From the human T2T-CHM13v2.0 reference genome, Homo sapiens, in assembly GCF_009914755.1 (NCBI RefSeq), contig NC_060925.1: a DNA stretch of 64,000 nucleotides; one strand, written 5' to 3'. Every line of letters begins with the position of its first letter. Position 1 is the first letter of the stretch. The notes under the pieces were generated by a model. The model was given only the letters and a program-made list of their open reading frames with translations. It was not told the origin of the DNA and ran no database searches. This document shows, piece by piece, positions 42,859 through 59,915 of this stretch. The position numbers were made by a program, and so were the translations under genes.

Positions 42859-44760
42859 TTAGAAATAAGACAAAGTTTATTTGAATACTAGTCTAGAATA
42901 GCAGTGTGTTGTCCATCTAAGATAAGTGTGTATGTTTTCCGGCAAAGACATAAAAACAGATGTACAGTTTTAACTTCAATGTTGAAGTGACAGGAACTTA
43001 TCACCCAAGGCCTGGCTAGACTAATCTTCTTTTGTGATCAAAGAAGGAAAGATAGGAAGGAAAAAGACTTATCTAGCAAATGAGGGTCGGGCAGGGGCAG
43101 GGAGCAGTTGAGATGCGAAGTGGGAAATTTAATTCTACAATCACCATCACTCTACTGCATTTGCCAGGGCTGGATGGGAAGCAAATGCCAATGGAGCATA
43201 TTTACTATCCTGTGTTGTATGGATTTAATGGAACCAATGTTGATAAAACAGGCAATTGATGGAGATCCTTAAGGCATATAGGTACTCAGAATCAGAACCC
43301 AACCCATTAGCCTGTCTTTGATCTGCTCATAGCCCTAATTGCTTTTTAGGTTGAAGTGCTGGCCCTACAGTTAAATCTCTCAGTACCCAACTTGCTTCAT
43401 GGTTTGTCAGGCTTTGGGAGCTGCCCAGTTTGTCAGCAGTTATGAGGTGACTGACCATCTTGCTTTGTTCTGGGTGGAAGGGCTCCCTGGGATGCAGGAC
43501 TTTCAGTACTGAAACTTGGACAGACCCCAGTAAGCCAGGATGATTTGCTCATCTTACAACAGATAAAGAGCTCGGAGAGCCAGCCGATAGCCAGGAAGAC
43601 ATTTTCTCTCTGGATTAAAGCAGCCACATGTTCAGTGTGTTGTCAAGGCAGAATGGTTGCTGTTTGCCTGCACAGCTGCTGAACTCAGGACCTCTGTTTG
43701 TGAAATGATTTCAGAGGCCTGGAATGTGCAACGCTCTATAGAAAACCAAATGCCACTCTTTTCTAGTTCAGAGCTGTGGTTCAAGAAAGCGCAGGGATGA
43801 ACAGTGGTTCCCTTTAAGCTGAAGAGGAATTGCCTAAGAGCTGATGCACTGTGGTGGTAACCCGTGGTGCCGTGACCCAGGGCGGCTGCAACTAACTGGG
43901 GAAGGGGAGGAGCTGGGTATTGCATAAGCTCTTACACAAGGAGATCCATTCTGAGGAAACATTGATATCCATATGGTTTTTGTCATCAATTGCTATGAAT
44001 TCCAGGTCACTATATTCTGAAAGGCATTTCATATAGTACTTAAGGGAGAGAAATTCCAGCATCCTACTCAGAGATCAAGAAAACAGGCCATGTTGACAGC
44101 TATAGTCAGTCAAGGGAGATTTTATTGTCAGGTTAATTTTAAGAGAGGGAGACGTGGAGTTTTTTCTAACTGTTTTTCCCTCTTCTCAGGGGTAGGGGGG
44201 TGATGTAGATGATGAGGTGATGAGGCAGGGAGCCAGAGTGGGCAAGAAAATGACATTGAATTCTGGTTTTCTGAGTTCACTTACTATGTATTCTAGGAAC
44301 CAGAAGACTGTTTCCATGAAAGGAGAAGTGATCAGAATGAAAACAGTAATAATAACAAACATATGGAGTGCTTATCACGTGCCAGGCACTGCTGCCAGGT
44401 GTTTTAGGTTGATTCTTTGTTTAATTCTCACTTTGATTGTATGTGGTAAGAATGATTATCATAGTTATTTTACAAATGATGAACCTGAGGCACAATTTGG
44501 GTAAGAAATTTGTCAGGATCATATATCTGGAGGGAGCAGAGCCAGAAGTCAAACCCGCCTGGTGGTGGTGATAGTCTCGTCTCTGAATGCCAATGTCTGG
44601 GTCCACAGTGCTGTCTAAGAATGTAAAAATTGGATTGTCGTGTCCTTAATTTAAGTCTTGGAAATGCTAAGTAAAAATTTCCCAGGGATCTCTTCACTGT
44701 CTACCTACCACCATCATGGAGTGCTCTCATCTTGTATCTCAGAGAATCCCTCTCTTTCAT

Positions 44761-45131
<371 letters not shown>

Positions 45132-45463
45132 TGATTGGTTGAAGCTTTTATTCATTCATTTATTCAGTAAGTATTTAGTGGGGCCTACTGAACCCAAGGC
45201 ATTATTCCAGGAGGAGATCTGGTTCATGGGTATTAGCATTATATAAGAATGAATTATATTATTAAGAACCAAATGGGTCCATAAAAATGAATTCTTTCAT
45301 GCTTTTATCTGTTAACTAGTTGGAATAGATTTCAACAAAGATAAGAAAACTACAAAGTACAATGCCAATTTTCTGACATGTGCATGTATATGAATTTTGA
45401 TACAAATCATTTTTCCTCCAGTTAGCAAGTCATTTTAGTTGTTGCCAATGAAACCAACTCAAG

Positions 45464-45524
45464 TATTAGGTTGGTGCAAAAGTAATCGCAGTTTTTGCCA
45501 AAAGTAATGGTTTTTGCCATTACT
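45464..45524 (+). mobile_element. Half MADE1 (Hsmar1 mariner MITE) with an internal duplication
   Basis: TA + ttaggttggtgcaaaagtaatcgcagtttttgcc matches the Hsmar1 TIR. Confidence 0.85.
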
Positions 45525-47619
45525 AAATTTAGGTCTTCCCAACATCTATCTTCTCCACTAACTTTGTTTAGTCACAGCACCCTTTGGCCCCAGTGTGATT
45601 TAAAAAAGAAAGTGATTTTTCGTCTCATTGTTCACTCAGACAGAGAGAGGAACAGGTCAGTGGGCGGGGACATGGGATTTTAAGAACTGATATTTTTCAG
45701 GCTGTGAGGTGCAGCAGAGTGGAACCATCCTTGGCCCTCTGACACTTTCTTGTTCTAACTGCTTCTTCAGAGAGGTTGGGCCTTCGTGTGGCTTGATTTA
45801 GGATTAGTATTAATAGATCAGTACTGGTCCTAAACCTCCACACCCTTTAAAATTCCTTGGGTGGCTTTTGAAAATGCAGATTCCCAGACACTGGCACAAC
45901 CCTAAAAAATTAAAATTTCCAGGGCTGGGGCCCAGAGACCAATGGTTTTAAAAGCTTGTTGGAGGATACTAATATGGATAGTGGTTGGGAACTACTGACT
46001 GACAAATTTACATCAGCAGCCATGACATCTCACCCTCTTTACAGTCTTGCAACTCATATGATGTATTTATTGGTTTGTTTACTTTTGAACTTTCTGTCTT
46101 TCCATCTTCTCTTTCCCACAATAAACTTTAAATTCTAAAGGGCAGGAATCTGCTTTGCTCAATGTTGTGTCCCTGGCACTAAGAAGAGTGCCTGGCACAT
46201 AAAGGGCACTCAATAAATACTTGTTGAGTGAATGACTGAATTAATTAATTAATTAATTAAGGACATTTCCAGTTGAATGTTTCCCCAACTTTTAGAAAAT
46301 AGAACTCATAACCCCATCTCTTGTTCCTCAATAGATTCTTCTTCCTGGATTTCCTAATGTTTTCAGTAGCTTCATAATTTTTGCTGTCTTAACGCCAAGA
46401 CTTGCTATCTTAAGTTATTTTGAGGCCTTCTCTCATCATCTCATCAATGGCCAGATCTTCTTGTTATATCCACTTTTACTAGTGCCAGTTGTTTTTTGCA
46501 TTTTTGTGACCGCATTAGTGCTTTCTTGTCCCTTGCCTCTCCTGGTTTCAGACCTCAACAAAGCACCTCCAGGTCCCTCTGAGATTCCCTAGGATGTGTT
46601 GTACAAACAGGTCCTTTCAGCCACTTCACATTTATTACTTTTCTCCTCTTCTGTCCTAGCACTCCCTGCTGGAAACCACTGAGGCTCTACCAGGTGCAGT
46701 CATGCCTTCTGGACTCCACCATCTCCCCTTGGACACCCCCTCCACCCCAACTGATGGATGCAAGTTCTTAAGCACCAAATGGCATCAGAGTCCTCTCAGT
46801 GCTCTCCCCTCTGTGTACCTTTGTCTCTTTAAATATTCTGAAATCCAACAAGGCTACATGAACACTGGCACTTATGACTCAGTGTCCTACAGAGTTTGAA
46901 TAAAGCATCTCTCTGAATTTTTAATCATAGCCTGACCTCACCTTTTTCATGGACCACAGGCATGAAGCTATACAGTTGCACTAGGAGGCACTTCTACAAA
47001 CAAATACTACCCTGAGCTCAACGTTGAACCACCCCTCTAAAAACTAAGGCTTTGTTGCTGGACAAATTAATTGGCCTGCCTCTCTATTCCTTTCAGCTGG
47101 ATTCTTACCCAGGAGCCTCTTTAGCCACACCTAGTCCATTAGAACCAAATGGTCCATCAGAACCATATGTCAGTAATGGATTCAGTTTCGGCTTCTCTGT
47201 TCCTCCCTTTCTCTACTAATATCCTATCCAATCCTCCCACTTCCTGGGCCTAGATGATTGCTTTCTTATGAACAATGGTGCTCATAGCTGGCTAACTATT
47301 ACTGAATGCTTCCTGTGTGCCAAAAACCAGCTAGGCAGTTTGCATATATTGCTTCTTTCTCTGGAGTAAAGTAGGACAGAGCATTGACTTTGAAGTCAGG
47401 CTGGTCTGAGATTATAGCAAGCTTCTCAATTCAGTAACTACATGATCATGAAAAAATCACTTAATCTTTCAGCACCTCAGTTTCATCCTCTGTAGAATGA
47501 GGATACTAATTCCTCCCTTATGGGAGTGTTGAAAGGATGAAGTGAGAAAATCCATGTTAACTTCTTAGCACACACTCTGGCACAAAGAGACTTCTTAGCA
47601 CAGACTCTGGCACATAAAA

Positions 47620-47941
47620 ATTTTTTTGAATTTATTATTTTTTATATTTTTATTTTTTGAGAGAGGATCTCACTCCATTGCCCAGGTTGGAGTACAATGG
47701 TATGATCACAGCTCACTGCAGCTTCAACCTCCTGGGCTCAAGTGATCCTCCCACCTCAAGCCTCCCAAGTAGTTCGGACTACAAGTGTGTGCCACCACAC
47801 CCAGCTAATTTTTGTATTTTTTGTAGAGATGGGGTCTCACCATGTTGCCCAGGCTGGTCTCCAACTCCAAGGCTCATGCAATCCACCCCCGTCAGCCTCC
47901 CAAAGTGTTGGGATTACAGGTGTGAGCCACAGCACCTGGCC
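47620..47941 (-). mobile_element. Alu (AluJ-like) within a MIR
   Basis: Alu consensus. Confidence 0.9.
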
Positions 47942-48603
47942 CATAATAGACACTTAATACATGATAGCTTTTTTGATTATTCTTGCTCAAGATCCCTCCC
48001 AACTGTAATACAACTAATTAGGATAAACATTCTTCAAGTTTAGATTATGTTACTTGGATTATAGAGCACTCTTCTGGATCATAGGCTTGAAGACTGGGCC
48101 ATGTCTACAGAAGTGGTTCATCATATACATGAACTGAATGCAATCTCATCCCACCACGTCCCTTCCCTGCTTCAGCTCACTGACTTCCTCTTGTTTTTCG
48201 CAGAACACTTGCTTGAACTAATCACAGAGGAGTTCCCATTCTACTTCCCATCCTGACACAGTAGAAGGGGAAGTATGCAACCCCAGGAAGGGAGAGGATA
48301 CCCCCTAAGGAAAAAGGAAGCAGTGGCTCAGTGGGCTGGCACACTCTGGGCCCACACGTTTCCCATCTCAGTGTATAAGAAGATAATGGTGGGTCATCAC
48401 TTTTCCTTGGATGTTTTCATAAATATCCTTACATCCTCTGACTTAGTCATCTTTGTACTCATCTTAAATCCAATAGTGATTTAGTGATATAATTCTTAAC
48501 CCTTCTAGAGAAAGAGGCAAGGGAGGATGGTTAATGTTGCTAAAAGAAAAGAAAGAGTGGTGAGAGTTCAAACTTTAATTCTTCATGCCTACAAAACTGT
48601 TCA

Positions 48604-48765
<162 letters not shown>

Positions 48766-51605
48766 TTAAATGGTGTAGAGAGTAGAAAGCCAATTAATCC
48801 TGATTGGATAATAATTTAGTAGGTATTGTTTACATAGATGTTATTTAATATTATTTAAGCCCATAGTTCCCCCCAAGGAGTTGGAATTGACTGGCATTCA
48901 AACGCCCAAGAGAAGACCCATTCACCACACTTTTATGAACTGCAGGTAGAAAGCACGAAACAGAGGGAACCGGGAGGAAAAGAGAGAGAAAAAGACGCGT
49001 AAAACTCCAAACCAAAATAAAAAGACCTTTCATTCTAACTCACTGCTACTTATAATCATGCCCTCTAGAGAGAGTGCAGTTTGCCAGAATAAATGAGCCC
49101 TAAGTAAGAAGGAAATTCGTCTCACAGTGTAAAGTAACCTCAATCACAATTGACATCACAGAAGTATTTTAAACTTCTTCATGGAAGTACTCCTGTTGCT
49201 GAATTCTAGTTTTCTTTCCCTTTTTTTCATTTTAAAGTTTTCTTTTTTATTCTGATGCCTCAAGAGGATTTCTTAAACTTAATCAAGCTCTTGATTGACT
49301 ATGGTCTCAAACTTGAGTCCATACTGGCCGAGGCAGTATGAGATCAGGTGAGTGTGGGAGTGCTGTACCTTGGTACACCTGGGGAGTTACTTGGGAAAGA
49401 GATTTGTCCTCAAACCTTAGTTGTGAGGGTGATGGTAATTGTGGTGGTGGTGGTGGTGGTTATGAATAAATGCTATAAGCCTGAGAGTCAATGAGCCTGT
49501 GATTTATTCTTAACAAGATTAGCTTCTTTCCATTTCATGGAATTCCATTTCCCTTAACCGTGTGAAGTATAAGCCTTTGTTAGAATTCTGGGACCATGCA
49601 GAATTTACTAAGATTCTATCAAAATTTTTTTAGAACAATGTTAATCCAGAGGATACCAAAATGAATAAGACAAAGATACTGATCTTCAAAAGCTCTCAGC
49701 CTAGAGAGAGCTATTGATCCTTAAAGAATCAAAATGCAGCATGATAGTTGTTACAACAGAGGTGAGTGCCGCAAGCACAGGTGAGAGAGGGGTTGGAAAG
49801 TCATGAGAATACTTGCACATACTGATACACACTCACACTAACTTGTCCTCATAAAAGTAAGCAGGTAGTCAGAAAAGATATCCTGTAACATCATAGCTGG
49901 GGTCGAGAATTGGGTGGAGGGGAGAAGTTGGCTGAGAGCATTTGAAGAATGAATGGAGTGAAAGTAAGGAAGTAGAATGGCTAAAGCAACACCTAAGCCA
50001 TCTGTGTCTAAAGCAGCAGTGGGCTCTATCAGAATCCTCTATCCCCCTCTTTTCCAATCCCCATGTCCCTGATGAATTTCTCTTCCCCTCCATGAACTCC
50101 CACCCTGTTGGAAAGAATGGCTTAGGCCTGTGTCAGGAGCTTCCCTTCCTCTCTTGGAGAGCTGGTCTACATCACTTTAAGATGAAGAATGGAGCAAGGT
50201 GACCTCCAGATGGGTGATTCAAAATGTGGCTTGACCTTTAGCCTCAGCCAAACAGCAGTTGTTTTCCAAGAAGCCTCCTCTTGTCTTCTGCTCTGTTGGA
50301 GCTCAGGTCATCTCTAGGCTTTCCCTGCCTCCTGACCAGCCTGTTCCTGGTCCCTTCCAGTCAGACCCCTTTCCCACTTTCTTTGATGACTCTTTTGGCT
50401 TCTGGAATAGGCTCCTGAACATTGAGTTCCCAGCCTCCAGCTTACTAAAAACTTATCTTAGCATTTTCTCTCCTTTCTTCCCCCTCTCTCAGGGTTGTGC
50501 GTACTGGATATTAGTATCACAGACGTTAGTAACTGGGTGTGGTTGATGGCACCAGTTAGAAACCCTGACCAGAAATGCTTGGAATAATATCATCTGTCTT
50601 ACAAAGAAGAACCAAACCAATTTGTTGGGGATGAAACATTCAAAGAAGTAAATAAACATGTCAAAATAGATTCTGAAAGCACTGCACAAAATAAGTGTAC
50701 ACAATTAAATGTATAAACTTTATAGTGTATGAATTCTATACACAGTTAAACTCTGAAGTCAGATTTTGAATGTCCAAGTTCATGTACTGATAGTACAGCT
50801 ACAATGACAAGAAAGTGTAAAGGCTTTACATCAAGCTCTTTCTGAAAATCTTGAGATTCAAATAATATTTATTCAGAGAAAAAGTTCATCATATAAAGGT
50901 TTGCCTGTGAATCTGCATTCCACAAAAAGGTTGTTATTTTTAAAAAGTGACTCCAATAACATTCAAACCTGTATAACTCCTTCTCTTTATAGCTTTTGGT
51001 GAAGAAATGGGTTCAGGAGACCTCTCCCTGCTCTTTCATCCTAAAGTGGGTTAACTGCGCAAGAATTTTACAGAGTTTATTAGCTAAAAACTAGATTTAA
51101 AACTATGCTATGAATTATGCTTACTTTGAAAATATTTTGAGGGATCATTATTGGCTTCAAAAAAGGCTAGATCTTGCTAAACACCTACTTGAATGTACTT
51201 AATTGAAAATTGCAAGGGCTACGTGAAATATATAATGTACTAACAAAGTTTATACATTTAAAAACAAAAATTCAACCTTAAAAAGAGGTTAAAATGATTC
51301 ACTAGCAATTTTATTAAATTTTAAGAATGATTATTAAGATCAGTAGAGCAATATCTGTGTATTCCTAAGGAAAAGCTTCATTATTATTTTGAAATATTGA
51401 TGATATACAAAATTTAATTAAGATCTGTAATCCTTTCAAATTCATTCAAATTATTATAAGGAATATGAACATTACATTTGTCAATGAAAAGAAAAGTGAT
51501 AGCTGTCAGATTGAACTAAGTGCCCTTGAAGGACACTTTAGAGATGGAATTATCTGAATTATGTCCAATGGCAAAAAAAGAAAGCTCATCAGTCAAAGAA
51601 AGAGC

Positions 51606-52044
<439 letters not shown>

Positions 52045-52074
52045 TTAAGCATAAAACCTAATATCAAAAAGCTA

Positions 52075-52404
<330 letters not shown>

Positions 52405-53950
52405 TCAAAATTTTTTTTAAAAATTGGAGGTTTTTTACAATGCAATATGTAATATATTTCATATTACTTTTGTACACCATACTAGCCATGTGATAATGGG
52501 CAAGTTAATTGAACCTTTCTGTTCCATCCTTTCATCATCATTAACATGCAGGTAATAATGATAATCACCTCACAGGCTTGTTGTGAGAATGAAATTAAGG
52601 CATCCATATAAGCTCCTAGCATAGGCCCTAGCATATGAAATGTGTTAATTAAATACTATTATCATGATGATTCGTCTAGGCGGGGGAAGACGCCAAGGGT
52701 ACTGAAAGGTGTGCTCTTTATCCTAACCTTGTTTTGCTTCCCTCTTATCTGCCATCCTGAGCTACATGGATGAAGAGGATAGAGGAACATAAAGATGGAA
52801 ACAAATTGAGACAGACGAACTGAAAAGGAAGGGGAAGGAGAAGCACCCCAGAGTAGTCAGCACTGATACGGAAATGTACAAACTAAAATAAAATTGCCTA
52901 AAGAAGAACTGGGGCAAATCTCCCTGGTTAGCCACCTCCCTCTAGCACATTCATTTTAAGCACTGTAAATGGAGGTTTTAATGAAGCAAATGAAAAGAGG
53001 GTTAAGTTGGGGCATGGGAGACAGAAAATGAATGGGTTGTTGATGAGGTGACTAAGGATGCTAGTGGGAAGACTGGTTAAAGAAATGGGTTTGCAAACAA
53101 TTTCAGAATATTTTGGGGTTCTCAGAAATAGTCATAAGCAGCCCACATTTGTACTTCCTACGTGTATGAATGCTACCAGAGTTATGCTCACCCGCTCTAA
53201 TGCTGTTCCTCTCTCCAAGGCTGAGATACCAGAAAAAAGCCTACCTCACAGGGGCCATGCTGCCAAAGCAGTTTTAAATATGTACAGTACTCAAGTGCTT
53301 ACTCCTCCTGGTCCCTTCTGCCTGCTCTTCCTGACTCACCCCCACCACCCGCTCATCCCTATATGGGCTGTAGTGATGTTATCATAGGTTCTGTGTCCAC
53401 CCAAAACCTGGTCACAAAGCTTTCAAAGGGAATATGTCCAAGGGTGTGGCTGCACTATGACAGGTAGCCTTGGTGGTCAGCTGTGGGCTTGGCCAGCGAT
53501 TTTTCACATTCTGTAGCCACTGCTAAGCCCATCCCTACCCCAATTTTCCACTCATGCTTTCCAATTGACTGCAAAGCTCTCCAGCTGGTGACCATAGGAG
53601 CTACCAATGCCAGGGAGACAGCCCATTGCTTGTCCCATTGTAGGGGAGAATCCGACTGGGAGGTGGGTAGGCAGGAAAAGTGGAGAAGAGCTTTTCTCTT
53701 TTTTGTAGAACACTCAGCCTGCTTTAAAGCTGGAGAACCTGGCCCCTCCTTAATATTCTTGCAGCTTTCCTGACTGTTTTGTACAATTTTTGCACATGTA
53801 CTCCACTGTGTTAGGCTCAGGAAGAATTCTAACTTCTATTCTACCCAGCAAAAGAGGTGCTGAAGACCCATCCTCTTTTGGGGTAACCTGACATACCTTG
53901 TTTGGAATCTAGCTTTTAGACTGATCGGCTGGGGTTGGCAGACAACTTAC

Positions 53951-54062
53951 ATTCTGAGTCCTCACTCTTGAAAAAGCCAATGAGTTTGATGTAGTCTTCA
54001 ATGCGTTCGAAGGCTTGGACTTCCAGTTTGCTGCTGATGATCTCCACTGGGTCTTCAATTAG
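53951..54062 (-). CDS. CASQ2: CASQ2 exon 4 (112 nt): [37 protein letters not shown](Y)
   Basis: tttcag acceptor, gtaagt donor. Confidence 0.97.
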
Positions 54063-54299
54063 CTGAAATGCCACACGCACATACACACATGTTCAAACAA
54101 GAGATTTCCTTCTTCACTGGGGAAACAGAGTGCATTGGAGGGAAGTTGTAGCGGACTTTGTGGTTGGTGCCTCAAATATCTATTCCATTCTCCCCACAAT
54201 CCCCCAGTGAGCATACCAGCAGTACCTTCTGAGGAATAGAACTTAACTTAAAGAGTTAAATGATTGGTGGGGGCAACCTATTCCTTTTGCCAGTTTTAG

Positions 54300-55220
<921 letters not shown>

Positions 55221-56458
55221 TAACTTCCCCTGCCAGTTATTGATTCAGGAATGGGCAAGTAACTGGCCCAATAAGGACAGATTTGCTGAAGGCTTTGGGA
55301 AAAGTTCTTTACTCTTAAAAGGGCAATGGGAAGCCAAATTTGTTTTTCTATCATGAAATATGAATGAGGAAATGCAATGTATTTGTTCCTACTGCTGGCC
55401 ATCTTATAGCTAACTTGAGAATAGTCAGCTTGAGGACACAAGCAACATACTGAAAACACAGTTATCTGTGATTTACAGAGAGAAATGGAGGCAGTGTCTG
55501 GATTCGATCAAGTCTAAAGTCTCCTCTAACTAGAGCCTTCTACTTAGGTAAGTCAATCACATTGTTTATTGTTTGAAGCAGTTAGTCTTATTTCCAAAAG
55601 CCTCCCCCTAGCTGATAAAGCTGGGGCAGCACCATGCTGTCCCAGAGTTGTTCTGTCACCCCTCTCAACTTTTTTAGGGCATGTGGGTGTGAGTCAATGA
55701 GATGGCCAAGCACAGTGGGTCATGAGATGGCACTTTTTTTGGTAAATGTAGCTTCCAACTCACTTCTGACCTTCCCTCTGGTTTTTGACACTGTAGAGAA
55801 AGAATGATAGACCACTGGGTACTGGCTGGTAGATAAAGAATCATCGGCATGGATGCTCAACACTAGGTTCTTTATCTGTGCAAGAATATGTGTTCAAAGC
55901 ATTGAACTTCACAGCGGTTACTGAAAGTGTGAGTTTATCTATGGATGAAATATTTTTATAATGTTTGTTCCTATGTTTGTCTAAGCATATGGATATGAGG
56001 CTGTGCTATGTCCATGGCTGAAAAAGTGTGATACTGGGGGGCTGTTTAGCTCTGCCACTTCTCTATGTTGCTCTGAGGGTGGCTAACTCAGGGTGACCTG
56101 GCTGATTGGTACTCCCATCCCTCCTCTCTCTTCAGGTGGCTGGTTAGCCCCCTCACTCCCCACATTCCCCAGCTCCTCTTCAGTAGCAGTGGAGCAAAAC
56201 CAAGGAGATTTCAATAGACGTCTATGTATAACTGGTAACAGAATTAGCATATTACTACTACATGGCCCCCAACAGTTTCTAGGGTGGCTTAAAGATCACT
56301 TTCCCAGTAGAGTAGACAGTGCAATAATATAGGTGCTCCTTAGTTTTTTGTGAATCCTGAAAAACCTGTCACAGATGAGGCCAGGTTCTCCAGCTTGTCC
56401 TTTCTTTGGGGTTCTATCTCTCCCTATATTTGAGGAGAGGCAGCTCCATGCAGGGTCA

Positions 56459-56608
<150 letters not shown>

Positions 56609-57794
56609 TCATCCTGACGTAGGAAGAGTGATTGTATTGGCTGAGGTCTGGCTAAGGGTTTCTGGGTGACAGTGGGGTCAGGATTAGTGGAACTAGCATT
56701 AACCAAAGAAGCAGTTGCCTTGAAATAACACTTTTGAAGAGCTCCTGAAGTGGACATTTAATTGGAAATAGTCCAGAACAATTCCAGCTGGATTTTGACT
56801 TAAAAGAAAAGTCTATTCTCCACTCCGCCACTGCTTTAGTTTTCCAAAAATACAGCTGATCCCATGTCATTCTCCTTATCAAAGAATTGTAATGGCCACT
56901 GCCCACCTGACTCCTTAACCTTGCTTTAAAGTCCTTCCAAAATCTGTTTCCAAATCTATCCCTTTCATTCTCCCTTGGGTAGACTTGTACTCCTTTGAGA
57001 ACTGCTCTCTTGTCCCCTGTGGGACTCCCTTTGCTTCCTGTCCACATGCTTATATGAAAAGGTGAGTAAAGGAAAAGTCACTGAGCATTATTCTCTAGAC
57101 TTAGTTTTTCTTGTTCTCCCAGCCTGGAATGACCTCCATCTTGCTTAGCTTCTTCAGGTCTCAGCTTAGGATTCATTTTTCTTAAGAAAGGTCACTTCAA
57201 TCTCACTGAACTCATGCCATTATTGATCTTTGTTCAGCTCAATTTACAGGTCTTCACTATCACAGTGAGTTCTCTGAGGGTAGGATCATTGTCTTCTTGG
57301 TATCCCAGTGCCTTGTACAGAGGCTGTGTACATCAGCAACCCATTAATGTATGTGGCCAGGCTGGACAGCTTGCTTTCCTGTTCCAGCTGAATCCCACAC
57401 ATCTTCTTTATCCAGTTGGCTGGTAGATGCTGCAAGGACAGGCTCAGCATCTTCTTATTTTGCTGCCCTTTAGCACCCTTGGTCTGATGTTGTGTACCTT
57501 AACAAATGCTTGTTGGAAAAATGCATTTTCCTCCTTAGGAATGTTAAATAAACAAAGCTGGCATTTAGTCCAATTGCATGGCATCCTTAATTCCTTAGAT
57601 TGTTGTAAAAGTCTATTAGCTGGAGAAAGTTTTCTCCAAATGAACTCTTCTGCAGAACGTCCAGGGACAGGAAACCTGGACTGCCGCCTGCTGTGTCCCA
57701 AGACATGCATGAGGTATAAGCAGCCTCTGACACGTGGGCGGGAAATGGTAGAGGCACCATTTGTAAATCAAAAGGAGCAATGTGCCAGGTATTC

Positions 57795-58026
57795 TTTTTG
57801 TTTGTTTGTTTTTTGAGACAAGGTTTTCCTTTGTCACCCAGGCTGGAGTGCAGGGCCATGATCATGGCTCCTGCCTCAGCCTCCTGAATAGCTGAGACTA
57901 CAGGCATGTGCTATGATGCTGGCTAATTTTTCATATATAAGTATATATGAAAAATTATATATTTTTTATATATGAAAAATTATACTATATATGTATATTA
58001 CAAGCATGAGACACCGTGTCTGGCCC
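57795..58026 (-). mobile_element. Doubly deleted Alu with an AT-rich palindromic insert
   Basis: Alu termini present; most of the left monomer is replaced by TA-rich sequence. Confidence 0.85.
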
Positions 58027-58515
58027 TGCCAGATTTTCTTGATATCAATGATGGCCAATCTCAAAAGGTGCTCTAGGGAACATTGGCCAGTGTCCTGCTG
58101 TTGGATTTTGTCTTGAGCAAAACCACAGTAAGAAGACTACTGCAATTGTTCAGGCACAACTTGATAGAGGCCAAAATAAGGCAAATGGAAAAGAAATGAA
58201 GATGAAGGAGCAGGTTCACAAAATACCTCCAGTCTCCTATAAACCCCCAGGGATCAAATAACCAGAAGGAACCTGCCCCAACTCCTCCAAACTGAGCTTG
58301 TTTCAGTGTATCAAGCCCCATCATATTCTTTGCTAGTCTATTTTTATGTATACTTGCCCAGCTTGTCCACCCAAAATTTTTAGATCACTGGGACACTAGT
58401 ATTTTTCTCTAACTAAATTTGCTGGAAATTCTCCCAAATGCAACTTCTCATTAAACCAATGGGAAGGCAGAAGAGGAATCAAGAGACTGCTGGGGGAGGA
58501 GACAGAACTCATTAA

Positions 58516-58828
<313 letters not shown>

Positions 58829-58939
58829 CATTAAACTGTTTTTGACTCTAGTGAAAGAGTTTAACATATTTTGCTCCCATACTCAAGGGAGAAAAATATC
58901 CCTCAATGTGTCTCCAGGGAAAGAGACATCCCAAGCATT

Positions 58940-59250
58940 CTTTATTTTTATTTATTTATTTATTTATTTATTCATTCATTCATTCATTTATTTTGAGACA
59001 GAATCTCACTTTGTTGCCCAGGCTGGAGTGCAGTGGCACAATCATGCAGGCAGAAGTCACGGCAATCTTGATCTCCCTGGCTCAAGCCATTCCCTCATCC
59101 CAGCCTCCCAAGTAGCTGGCACTACAGGCACATGCCACCATGCCCAGCTAATTTTTAAATTTTTTGTAGAGATGAGGTTTTTCTATGTTGCCCAAGCTGG
59201 TCTCAAACTCCTGGGCTCAAGCAATCCTCTGCCCTTGGCCTCCCAAAGTG
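58940..59250 (-). mobile_element. Alu (AluJ-like) with a (TTTA)/(TTCA) tail
   Basis: Alu consensus. Confidence 0.9.
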
Positions 59251-59593
59251 CCCAGACATTCTTAATAACTCATTATCATTGTATGGTCCTAAATAGTTTC
59301 CTATAATTTAAATCTTTTTTTTAAAAAAAGACTGGTCTTCTTGAAAATAAAATAGAAAACAGTTGTCTGTAATTTTCCAGGATAACGGACTTTTATGTAC
59401 CTGAAGGTATTCACTGAGCCACCACTAATCTTTTTTTTTTTTTCTGTACTTACTACTCCAAATCCAATTAACCTTTCTTCAAAGATCCTGTTTTATAACC
59501 CGCTATTTTTTTTTAATAGCCATTCTTCACTGGTCATGCAGAAAAAGCCAAATGGGCAGTACATGTGTGTCAGTGTTTGAAAATCAGAGGAGC

Positions 59594-59915
59594 GGGCCGG
59601 GAGCTATGGCTCACGCCTGTAATCCCACCATTTTGGGAGGCTGAGGCAGGCAGATCATTCAAGATCAAGAGTTCAACACCTGCCTGGCCAACATGGTGAA
59701 ACCCTGTCTCTCATAAAAATACAAAAAAAAAATGAACTGAGCATGGTGGTGTGTGACTGTAATCTCAGCTACTTAAGAGGCTGAGGCACAAGAATCGCTT
59801 GAATCCAGGAGGCAGAGGTTGCAGTGAGCTGAAATCACATCACGGCACTCCAGCCTGGGTGACAGTGAGAACCTGTCTCAAAAAAAAAAAAAGAAAAAAA
59901 GAAAAGAAAAAGAAA
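59594..59915 (+). mobile_element. Alu
   Basis: Alu consensus with poly-A tail. Confidence 0.92.

Noticed and set aside
46240-46260. (TTAA)n self-complementary run
   Set aside because: Short microsatellite at an L2 3' tail; ordinary.
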